DNA from: a bacterium
Lineage (GTDB): Bacteria > Cyanobacteriota > Vampirovibrionia > Gastranaerophilales > JBAXKC01
Length of the DNA stretch: 64,000 bases
Direction of reading: 5' to 3'
Assembly (NCBI GenBank): GCA_037137535.1
Contig: JBAXKC010000003.1
Span: forward strand, 73,960 to 137,959
A program made the position numbers and the translations under genes. The notes under the pieces were generated by a model. It was not told the origin of the DNA. It made no database searches and saw nothing but the letters and a program-made list of their open reading frames with translations. This document shows positions 53,292 through 61,746 of the stretch, piece by piece (within the stretch, counting starts at the first letter, position 1; each line of letters starts with the position of its first letter).

Positions 53292-55283
53292 TTATTTAAC
53301 TTTTGTGTTTAACACTTTAATTCTAAGTTTTATATCTTCAGCTTCAGGGCTGTCAGGAGCAAAAGTTATAAATTTTTTATAATTGTTTAATGCTTCTTTA
53401 TAGGCTTTTTCTTTTTCATATTCTGCACCGATTGCATAATATGCGTATGCAAAATCGGATTTTGTTCGGATTATTTCATTAAAGCAGGCTTTAGCTTCAG
53501 GACCTTTATTAAGATCGGCATAAGCTAAACCAAGGTTAAATCTTATGTCAATATTATCAGGATCAAGCTTCAGAGCTTGTTCATATATTTTTTTAGCTTC
53601 AAGAGAATTTTTATTATCTCTATAAGCATTACCTAGTTTAACAAGTGCTTCAAGATTTATTTTATCGGTTAATAAAACTTTTGAATATTGAGCTATCGCA
53701 TTATCCAGTTCATTTTTATCAGCATAAATATCACCAATTTTTAAATTTGCCTCAATTGAATTAGGATCAAGTTCCAGCACTCTTTCAAATGCGCCTGATG
53801 CTTCAGCTGTTTTTTCAACTTTTAAATAAGCATTTCCCATTGCAAGGAAAAGGTCTTTATTTGATGAATCTTTTGCTGCCGCTGCTTCATATTTTTCAAT
53901 GGCTTCATCATAACGACCAAGTTTTTGGTAGCTGTTGGCTGCACCTGTTAAAGCATAAAAATCCGATGGATTTTTTTTCAACGCAAGATTATAACTGTTT
54001 AAAGCTGATTCAAAATTACTATTTTTAAAATAATTATTTCCTTTTGCTGTTAAAACTTTTGCATATTCATTTTTTACGTTTTCATTTGTTTTTAAATTAA
54101 GTGATTTCTGAAAAAGTTCTTCTGCTTTATCGAAATTATCAAGTGCTTGATAAGCTAGCCCTGCATCATAATAAAGATCGGGATCTTTGCTATTTGTTTT
54201 TATTAATTGATTATAAAGGTCTATGGCTTTTTTGTAGTTTTTAGAGATATGATAGCTTTTTGCTAATTCAAGCTTAATATCCTGATCATCAGGATTTAAA
54301 GTTATTGCTTTTTCAAGCTCTGTAATAGCTTTATCGGTATCACCTTTTTTTTCATACAGCATTGCAATATTATATCTTGCTTCATATCTGTTAGGATAAA
54401 ACTTTAGATATTCCAAATATTGATTAACAGCTTCATCTGTTTGGTTTAACTCGCTTAATAATTTAGCATAATCAAACCTTACTTCATTAAATCCAGGTTT
54501 TATTCCTAAACAAGCTTTATATTCGGCTAGTGCTTTAGTTTTTTGATCGGTATTAAGATAGGCAATTGCCAGATTAGCGTGAGTTTCAGCATTGTAAGGT
54601 TTTTTGGCTATTGCTGCTTCAAGAATTTCAATAGCACGTTTATAGTTTTTTGTTACAACAAGAGCTTTTCCCATAATGTCATATTCGTTAAAATGATCGG
54701 GATCAAGTTTTAAAATTTCTTCATAGCTGCTTATTGCATCAGTATAATTTTCTTGTGCTAAGTATAAAGAAGCTATACTTTTTTTTGCATCTATATGATC
54801 AGGTTCATATGATAAAAATTTCTTATAGTATTCTAAAGCAGATTTATAATCTTTTTTGAGGGTAAAAGTATTGGCAATATTTAAATAGTTATAATAGTAT
54901 TCAGGAGATATTTTTAATGCTTGCATATAAGCATCAAGAGCTCCGTTGGTGTCATCATTTTGTTGTAATATATTACCTATACAAAAATAAATATAGGCAT
55001 CATTGGGTGTTATCATTAGAGCTTGATTATACTCGTTTAAAGATTCTTTCCAATTGCCTTCATCATTTAAAAATCCTGCCAGTTTAATGTGAATCATTGC
55101 TTCGTTAGGTGCAATTTTAAGTGCTTTTTGAAGTTCTTCTTTTGCTCCTTGTATATCTCTGGCTCTTTGTAATGTAAGAGCATTACTGTAATATCTATAA
55201 GCATCAGGTCTCATTGAATATGCAGGTAATGAAACCGCAATTGCCAGAATAAGACTTAAAGCTGTAACTCTTTTGTTAGCCAT
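53292..55283 (-). CDS. Exported multi-TPR protein
   Basis: Signal peptide (AYS-M), many 34-aa TPR repeats (A...Y..AL...P). Confidence 0.9.
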   Translation of the reverse strand: MANKRVTALSLILAIAVSLPAYSMRPDAYRYYSNALTLQRARDIQGAKEELQKALKIAPNEAMIHIKLAGFLNDEGNWKESLNEYNQALMITPNDAYIYFCIGNILQQNDDTNGALDAYMQALKISPEYYYNYLNIANTFTLKKDYKSALEYYKKFLSYEPDHIDAKKSIASLYLAQENYTDAISSYEEILKLDPDHFNEYDIMGKALVVTKNYKRAIEILEAAIAKKPYNAETHANLAIAYLNTDQKTKALAEYKACLGIKPGFNEVRFDYAKLLSELNQTDEAVNQYLEYLKFYPNRYEARYNIAMLYEKKGDTDKAITELEKAITLNPDDQDIKLELAKSYHISKNYKKAIDLYNQLIKTNSKDPDLYYDAGLAYQALDNFDKAEELFQKSLNLKTNENVKNEYAKVLTAKGNNYFKNSNFESALNSYNLALKKNPSDFYALTGAANSYQKLGRYDEAIEKYEAAAAKDSSNKDLFLAMGNAYLKVEKTAEASGAFERVLELDPNSIEANLKIGDIYADKNELDNAIAQYSKVLLTDKINLEALVKLGNAYRDNKNSLEAKKIYEQALKLDPDNIDIRFNLGLAYADLNKGPEAKACFNEIIRTKSDFAYAYYAIGAEYEKEKAYKEALNNYKKFITFAPDSPEAEDIKLRIKVLNTKVK

Positions 55284-55391
55284 ACCATATTTCCCCGATT
55301 CATCACATTTATTAAATTATCTCTCGAAGTAGGACAGTTGGTCAACAGTTTGTTTAATTCATTATCATATTTGTGTATGGCCTAGTTGCTT

Positions 55392-55886
55392 TTACATTAA
55401 TCTGTCAACAACTTTTTCAAATAGATTATTTATTGTTTTAAATATATTTTTTTTTGGAATTTCTTCAATGATTTCTTTACGGTTTTCCATGATATTTTTA
55501 ATCAGCTTTGGTAGTTTAATTTCAACAATGTCGCAAAAGTCTAAAATGGATCTTTTATTTTCATGATTTTTGCATTTGACGTATTCTTCTGTGAGATCAG
55601 ACATAACGGAGTGAATTTCTTTTTTCGATAGAGGTTCTACTGCTCTTTCAAAAATATCAAGTGTCTTCTCATTGGGTTTAAGAGCTTGATTATTTCCATA
55701 TAAAATATTGTCTTTTTTTGTTTTATCATAAGTTCCCATAAGAATAAGGGCATCAACCGCATGAAGAAGATTTTTTCTTTCTTCACCACCTGCTGGTAAG
55801 AAGCTTGCTGCCTTTGCATATTCTTGTGTTAGCTCGTTACCTATTTTGCCTTTAAAACTTATATTGTTATTGGAATGAATTAACAA
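55392..55886 (-). CDS. Orphan protein with leader MLIHSNNNISFKG
   Basis: TTG start 7 nt after GGAG-C; 164 aa. Confidence 0.75.
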   Translation of the reverse strand: MLIHSNNNISFKGKIGNELTQEYAKAASFLPAGGEERKNLLHAVDALILMGTYDKTKKDNILYGNNQALKPNEKTLDIFERAVEPLSKKEIHSVMSDLTEEYVKCKNHENKRSILDFCDIVEIKLPKLIKNIMENRKEIIEEIPKKNIFKTINNLFEKVVDRLM

Positions 55887-56033
55887 AATAATAGCTCCAT
55901 TGATTTATCTACTTTTATAAAAACAGTATTATTTCATAAATTGCTTTAATTTGAATCTCTAATGACAATTTTGATTTTTTTCAGGCTTTATACTTAATAA
56001 GTAGAGTATATTTTATAACTAAGGAAATAAGTT

Positions 56034-56348
56034 ATGCAAATAGTTAATTTTAAAGGAAATCTCCCGTCCTATACGGAAAAGACAAATCCCGGAGAACTAA
56101 TCGGATTAAAAGTTAAAATTGATCCTAAAGATAAACAGAGTGATTATTATTTAAAGTATGGTGATAATGAAAAACGAATTCAAGAAAGTGATGAGTTAGT
56201 CGTTGTATCTGACTTTATGGCAAATTTGAGTTGTGGTCGTGAAATGCCCAATGCGGTGAGGAAAATTAGTGTTTATAATCCTAGAACTGATGAAGAAACC
56301 TATAATATTTATGAAAATAAGTTCTCAGCTTTTGACGTAGTTGGTTAA
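56034..56348 (+). CDS. Orphan protein with leader MQIVNFKG
   Basis: AAGGA RBS, 104 aa, terminator follows. Confidence 0.7.
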   Translation: MQIVNFKGNLPSYTEKTNPGELIGLKVKIDPKDKQSDYYLKYGDNEKRIQESDELVVVSDFMANLSCGREMPNAVRKISVYNPRTDEETYNIYENKFSAFDVVG

Positions 56349-56353
56349 AAATA

Positions 56354-56390
56354 AACAGGCGATGAATTTTAATAATCATCGCCTGTTATT
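56354..56390. terminator. Bidirectional hairpin terminator
   Basis: AACAGGCGATGA...TCATCGCCTGTT. Confidence 0.8.
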
Positions 56391-56402
56391 ATATTATCAG
56401 TT

Positions 56403-56957
56403 TTATTTAATCAAGGCTTGAACTTGTTTGAAGTTAGGATTTTTTGCACATTGTAAAAGCTCAAAAATTGCCATTTCGCTGCAACTGGTAATTGCTCCAT
56501 ATGATTTCATTCGTTCAATTCCTACTTTATATTCGTATTCTTTTCTTGAACTTATTGCATCTTGAATTAAATGCACTTCATAGCCGTGTTGGATTAAATC
56601 ATATACTGTCTGATGAACGCAGACGTGTGATTCCATTCCGCAAACAATAATTTGTTTTTTATTGAAGGATTTTATTAATTCGCTAAAGCCTTCTTCATTA
56701 CAACAGCCAAAGTTTACTTTTTCAAAATATATAGTATTATCGGGCAATGTTTTTTTAAGTTCAGAAACGGTTCCTCCAAGCCCTCTAGGGTATTGTTCGG
56801 ACACTAACATTGGTATATCAAGTATCTTACAGGTTTCAGCAAGAGCTAGGGCATTTTTTAATACAGCTTCTTTGTTAAATTGAGCGGGTAGCAGTTTTTC
56901 CTGAATGTCTATTATTAATAACATTGTATTTTCAGAATTTAATATAGTAGGTTGCAT
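56403..56957 (-). CDS. Isochorismatase-family hydrolase (YcaC/ISOC-like)
   Basis: IIDIQEKL, EQYPRGLGGT, K..F, GMESHVCVHQT. Confidence 0.92.
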   Translation of the reverse strand: MQPTILNSENTMLLIIDIQEKLLPAQFNKEAVLKNALALAETCKILDIPMLVSEQYPRGLGGTVSELKKTLPDNTIYFEKVNFGCCNEEGFSELIKSFNKKQIIVCGMESHVCVHQTVYDLIQHGYEVHLIQDAISSRKEYEYKVGIERMKSYGAITSCSEMAIFELLQCAKNPNFKQVQALIK

Positions 56958-56959
56958 TT

Positions 56960-57748
56960 TTATTCTCCTTTTTTCAGAAATTCTTGTAAGAATTTAACGC
57001 TAGAGATTGCCTGTTGTTTGTCAAAAACCTCTATTACAATATTAGGATTTATTTTTAAAGATTGTATTCCTTTAAAAAATTCTTCAAAATTTATACTTCC
57101 GTCAAAAAAGCCATTGTGCTGATCATAAGCCTTATGATTATTATGAGCGTGAATGTGATGAATATTATTTTTATACTCATTTAGCCATTCATAAGGGCTT
57201 ATTTGAGAAATTATGTTGGCATGACCTGTGTCAAGACAGGCTTTTAAATAGGGAGAATTAACTCCTTCAACTATTTTATTTATAACTTCGGGAGAAGGAT
57301 CATAGACATTTTCAATAACTGCTGTTATTTTAGCGCTTTCAAACTGAACGATAAATTCTTTCCAAAATTCTATATTTTTAGTGATTAATTTTTTAATATA
57401 ATGCTCTTTACTTCTTCCGAAAGGTACAAAGTTGGAATGAAAAACAATTGTTGTAGCTCCGAGAGCTTTTGCGGTATCAAATGACATCTGGTATCTTTGT
57501 ATGCTTATTTTTTTTATTTCAGGATCTTTAGAAACAGTGCTTAAATCTCCGCAACATCCATGAATTGAAATTTTTCCGTTAAAGTTTTTAAGTTTTTCTG
57601 AATAAATTGAGATAGTTTTATTTAAGGTTTTTTCATCAAATCCTGATTTTAACAAATCGCTTATTTCTATATTTATATGATTTTCTTCTGCTATTTTTAT
57701 TACTTTTTCAAAGTCTGAAGAAATTTTAGAAGTTATATAAATGTCCAT
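56960..57748 (-). CDS. Sugar phosphate isomerase/epimerase (AP endonuclease 2-like TIM barrel)
   Basis: SIHG, VFH, IENV, CLDTGH, HIHAHNN, DQH, EV. Confidence 0.85.
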   Translation of the reverse strand: MDIYITSKISSDFEKVIKIAEENHINIEISDLLKSGFDEKTLNKTISIYSEKLKNFNGKISIHGCCGDLSTVSKDPEIKKISIQRYQMSFDTAKALGATTIVFHSNFVPFGRSKEHYIKKLITKNIEFWKEFIVQFESAKITAVIENVYDPSPEVINKIVEGVNSPYLKACLDTGHANIISQISPYEWLNEYKNNIHHIHAHNNHKAYDQHNGFFDGSINFEEFFKGIQSLKINPNIVIEVFDKQQAISSVKFLQEFLKKGE

Positions 57749-57906
57749 TTTTTATGACCTTTTTATTTTTAATAAAATCGTAACATATTTATAGGGCTAA
57801 AAATATAAAGATTGTATAAATAATGAGAGATTTAACCGCCTTTCTTTGTGGTATCATGCTCCTGTTCACAGTTACTTTTAAAAAAGTTTTGAAAGGGTTA
57901 CTAATT

Positions 57907-59631
57907 ATGAAAATGTCAGCTCTTTTTGTTCAGACATTAAGAGAAAATCCTGCCGATGCTGAAGTCGTAAGTCATCAGTTTCTGGTAAGAGCAGGATATA
58001 TAAGAAGATTAACAGGCGGAGTCTATACTTATATGCCTCTTATGTGGAGAGTCTTAAAGAAAATCGAAAATATTATAAGAGAAGAAATGGACAAAAAAGA
58101 TGCTCAAGAGCTTTTGATGCCTATTCTTCAACCTGCTGAAGTGTGGCAGGAATCGGGGAGATGGGATGTTTACGGAAAAGAGCTTATGCGTCTTAGAGAC
58201 AGACATGACAGAGAAGTTACCCTCGGGCCAACCCATGAAGAAGTTATAACCTCGCTTGTAAGAGATGAAGTAAGATCATACAGGCAGTTACCGCTTAATT
58301 TATATCAGATTCAGAATAAATTCAGAGATGAAATTCGTCCACGTTTCGGACTCTTGAGAGGAAGAGAGTTCATTATGAAAGATGCTTACAGTTTTGACGT
58401 TGATGAGGCGGGTCTTGATGTAAGCTATGACAAAATGACCGAGGCCTATATCAATATATTTAACAGATGCGGACTTGAAACAAGAATGGTTCAAAGTGAT
58501 TCAGGTGCTATAGGCGGAAGTTTAAGCCATGAATTTATGGTTCTTACAAGAACTTCAAGCGGTGAGAATGATGTTCTTTTCTGTACTACTTGTAACTATG
58601 CAGCAAACTCAAATCATGCTGCTTCAAAGTTGCCTGTTGCTGATATAGACGGTAAATTTCCCGAAGTAAAAGAAGTTGATACCCCAAATACAAAATCAAT
58701 TGAAGAACTTGAATCATTTTTAAACATTCCAGCTTCTGTAATTTGTAAAACACTTGTTTATATTGCAGATGAAAGACCTATTCTTGCTATTATAAGAGGT
58801 GATTTAACAGTTGAAGAAACAAAGTTGAAAAATGCTATCGGTGCTAATGATATTAGAATTGCAACAGCTGAAGAAATTGCGGAATTAATGAATTTAGCAG
58901 GATTTAATGCTGATAAAGGTTTTATTGGTCCTAAAGGCTTAAAAGCTCAAGTTGTAGCAGATGAATCAGTAAAAGAACTTAAAAACTTTGTTGTTGGAGT
59001 AAACAAGGTTGATAAACACTTAGTTGGCGTTAATTGGGGTGCTGATTACGAATTGCCTAAAACCGTTGCGGACATTCGTCTTGCAAAAGCAGGAGAAGGC
59101 TGCCCTCAATGTGATGGAGCTCTTGATATTACAAAAGGTATAGAAGTAGGAAATATTTTCAAACTTGGAACAAAATATTCTAAAAAAATGAAAGCTACTT
59201 TTACCGATGAAAAAGGCAAAGAACGTCCATTTATAATGGGTTGTTACGGTATTGGAGTGTCAAGAACTGCGGCTGCCGCTGTTGAAAGATACCATGATGA
59301 GTCAGGTATTAAGTGGCCTGTTCAGATTGCTCCGTTTCATGCGATTGTTGTTCCTGTAAATCTTAAAGATGAACTTCAAATGAGCGTTGCAAATGATATT
59401 TATAAATCACTTTTTGATGATGGTTATGAAGTTGTAATTGACGACAGAGACGAAAGAGCAGGCGTTAAATTTAAAGATGCCGACTTAATTGGTTTCCCGT
59501 TCAGAATAACAGTCGGAAAAACCATTGCAGAAGGTTTAGTTGAACTAAAAATCAGAGAAACAGGCGAAGTTTTAACAATTCTGCCTGAAGAAGCTAAGGC
59601 CAAGATTAAGCAATTAATTTCACAAGGTTAA
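57907..59631 (+). CDS. proS: Proline--tRNA ligase (with INS editing domain)
   Basis: LGPTHEE, KFRDEIRPRFGLLRGREFIMKDAYSF, GIEVGNIFKLG, MGCYGIG; start ATG 57907. Confidence 0.99.
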   Translation: MKMSALFVQTLRENPADAEVVSHQFLVRAGYIRRLTGGVYTYMPLMWRVLKKIENIIREEMDKKDAQELLMPILQPAEVWQESGRWDVYGKELMRLRDRHDREVTLGPTHEEVITSLVRDEVRSYRQLPLNLYQIQNKFRDEIRPRFGLLRGREFIMKDAYSFDVDEAGLDVSYDKMTEAYINIFNRCGLETRMVQSDSGAIGGSLSHEFMVLTRTSSGENDVLFCTTCNYAANSNHAASKLPVADIDGKFPEVKEVDTPNTKSIEELESFLNIPASVICKTLVYIADERPILAIIRGDLTVEETKLKNAIGANDIRIATAEEIAELMNLAGFNADKGFIGPKGLKAQVVADESVKELKNFVVGVNKVDKHLVGVNWGADYELPKTVADIRLAKAGEGCPQCDGALDITKGIEVGNIFKLGTKYSKKMKATFTDEKGKERPFIMGCYGIGVSRTAAAAVERYHDESGIKWPVQIAPFHAIVVPVNLKDELQMSVANDIYKSLFDDGYEVVIDDRDERAGVKFKDADLIGFPFRITVGKTIAEGLVELKIRETGEVLTILPEEAKAKIKQLISQG

Positions 59632-59633
59632 GC

Positions 59634-59658
59634 CAAAAGGGACTCGAAAGAGTCCCTT
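59634..59658 (+). terminator. Terminator hairpin, copy 1 of 25-bp direct repeat
   Basis: CAAAAGGGACTC-GAAA-GAGTCCCTT. Confidence 0.85.
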
Positions 59659-59712
59659 TATGTTTTATATATAGCAACGTTATAAAATTAATAAAAAAGT
59701 TGGATAAATAAA

Positions 59713-60639
59713 ATGTTATTGAATCTAGTCAATTCAAAATTAAGCTTTACTGCAAAAATAAAAATTGATTGTAGATACACTTCTCCTGAAGTAAGAAATA
59801 AAACTACAGCAATACTTGGTGCATCAAGAAGTTCTGAGCAATTAGATCGTTTTGAACGAATTGCTTATAATGATGCAAGTTCAACAGTAAAACGAAATGA
59901 ATATATCATTACAGGCTGTGGATCTAATGGAATTATGGGTGCAAGCTATAGAGGTGCCGCTAATGTTGATAAGGAGCATAACCTTGCAGTCTTAAAAGCA
60001 CCGCTATGGGGGGATGAAAATACTTCTGAATGTGAGGTTCTTGGCACAAGAAAAACAGAGACGTCCAGAATTAATGACTTTGACGAAGTGGCTGAAAATA
60101 AACATATTTATCCTGGTGGTGCTGCAACTGTAGCTGAGGCTGCAAGATTTGTACTCTTAAAGTTGAAAAATCCTGAAAAGCCAAGCAATATAACACTCAT
60201 CGGAAAACAAGAATTTAAAGGGATTCAGGAGCAATATCAATCAATGGAAAATAAAGGTTACTTGCCTGAAGGAACTGCCGCTAAATTATTTAATATAGTA
60301 GATTCAAGTGAAGAATTAGATTCAATCTCAGAATTTTCAACAATTTCAAAAACAAATAGTGAGTTTTTTGAAGAGGAGAAAATTAATCTTGAAAAACAAG
60401 GTAATAAATTTTTCTTTAAAGAAGGTGGACCAAAGACTCTTGAGCGAATAACAAGGATTGTTGCTATTAAAAAATATGCCAAAGGAGATAATATTCCTGA
60501 AATTTACCTTATTGGCAAGGAATTCTATAAAGGACTAGATAAACAATATAAACAGTTATTTGAAATGGGCTTATTAGATACAGCACCTGAAAAACTGTAT
60601 CATTTAGTTGATGAAAATGAAGTAAATATACAAGATTAA
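59713..60639 (+). CDS. Divergent LOG/SLOG-family nucleosidase-like protein with duplicated C-terminal half
   Basis: AILGASR, IITGCGSNGIMGA..RGA, PGGAATVAE (cf. PGGxGTxxE). Confidence 0.75.
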   Translation: MLLNLVNSKLSFTAKIKIDCRYTSPEVRNKTTAILGASRSSEQLDRFERIAYNDASSTVKRNEYIITGCGSNGIMGASYRGAANVDKEHNLAVLKAPLWGDENTSECEVLGTRKTETSRINDFDEVAENKHIYPGGAATVAEAARFVLLKLKNPEKPSNITLIGKQEFKGIQEQYQSMENKGYLPEGTAAKLFNIVDSSEELDSISEFSTISKTNSEFFEEEKINLEKQGNKFFFKEGGPKTLERITRIVAIKKYAKGDNIPEIYLIGKEFYKGLDKQYKQLFEMGLLDTAPEKLYHLVDENEVNIQD

Positions 60640-60650
60640 AATAATATTAA

Positions 60651-60675
60651 CAAAAGGGACTCGAGAGAGTCCCTT
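60651..60675. terminator. Terminator hairpin, copy 2 of 25-bp direct repeat
   Basis: CAAAAGGGACTC-GAGA-GAGTCCCTT, abutting murQ stop. Confidence 0.85.
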
Positions 60676-61570
60676 AATTTTTTAAAGCCTTTCTTGATAC
60701 TCCGTTGTGCTTTTGAAGTAATTCATCAGCTTCTTCATAACTGATTTTATTTATTGCCATTAATACGGCATGTTTTACACGATAATCAGCACTTTGAAGA
60801 TAGGAGTGAGCTGTTTCATATTCTAAATCAGTAATTTCACTTACAATTCTTACGGCACGATCACGAAGCTTCACGTTTGTAGGTTGAACGTCTATCATAT
60901 AATTCTGATAGGTTTTGCCTATTTTTACCATTGATGCTGTGCTTAGCATATTTAAGACCATTTTTTGAGCAGTTCCGGCTTTCATTCGTGTTGACCCTGT
61001 TAATGGTTCAGGTCCTACTTCAACGGCTATAAAAACATCGCAATATTCACGCATTTTAGCCATTTTATTACAGGCAACTCCAATGGTTTTTATTCCCATT
61101 TCTTGTGCACGTTTTAATAATGCAACTACATAAGGAGCATTACCGCTTGCAGAAAGACCTACAACGGTATCATTCTGTTTTGCTCCCGATTCTATTAAGT
61201 CTTTAATTCCGCCTTGTTCGCTGTCTTCAGCTCCTTCAACGGCATTTCTTAATGCTGTTTCTCCTCCGGCAATATACCCTCTGACCATTTCTTTAGCTAC
61301 ACCAAAGGTTGGGGGGCACTCTGAAGCATCAAGAACTCCTAGCCTTCCGCTTGTTCCTGCTCCAAAATACAGCAAACTGCCGTTTTTCAAGAAATTTTCA
61401 CTTATTATGTCTATTGCCGCTGCAATAGTTGGTAATTCTTTTTCTACGGATTTTGCAATGGTTAAATCTTCGTTATTGATAAGTTTTACTATTTCAAGTG
61501 AAGGCAATAGATCAATGTTGACAGTTTTGTCGTTTCTTTTTTCAGTCAAAATTAAATTATTCGTATCCAT
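60674..61570 (-). CDS. murQ: N-acetylmuramic acid 6-phosphate etherase
   Basis: TEKRN, GAGTSGRLGVLDASECPPTFG, GPEPLTGSTRMKAGTAQKMVLN. Confidence 0.97.
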   Translation of the reverse strand: MDTNNLILTEKRNDKTVNIDLLPSLEIVKLINNEDLTIAKSVEKELPTIAAAIDIISENFLKNGSLLYFGAGTSGRLGVLDASECPPTFGVAKEMVRGYIAGGETALRNAVEGAEDSEQGGIKDLIESGAKQNDTVVGLSASGNAPYVVALLKRAQEMGIKTIGVACNKMAKMREYCDVFIAVEVGPEPLTGSTRMKAGTAQKMVLNMLSTASMVKIGKTYQNYMIDVQPTNVKLRDRAVRIVSEITDLEYETAHSYLQSADYRVKHAVLMAINKISYEEADELLQKHNGVSRKALKN

Positions 61571-61746
61571 AAAAGCACCTTCAGGTAAAATCACTACAAT
61601 TATTGCCTTTAACCAATATATCGGAAAATTATAAAAAATTTATCCACCTATTAATTTAAAGTAAAAATCTGTATAAATATTGTCCATTTTAAGATATACT
61701 ATTGGTGGAAAGAATAAAAGATGAAAATGAAGGAAAAGAAGAACAC

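Noticed and set aside
57823-57906. Apparent N-terminal extensions on ProS (also PMM 16070, RbfA 40776, 7TM-HD 45639, Pnp 61702)
   Set aside because: These are longest-ORF artefacts; downstream starts have better RBS spacing and match family N-termini.
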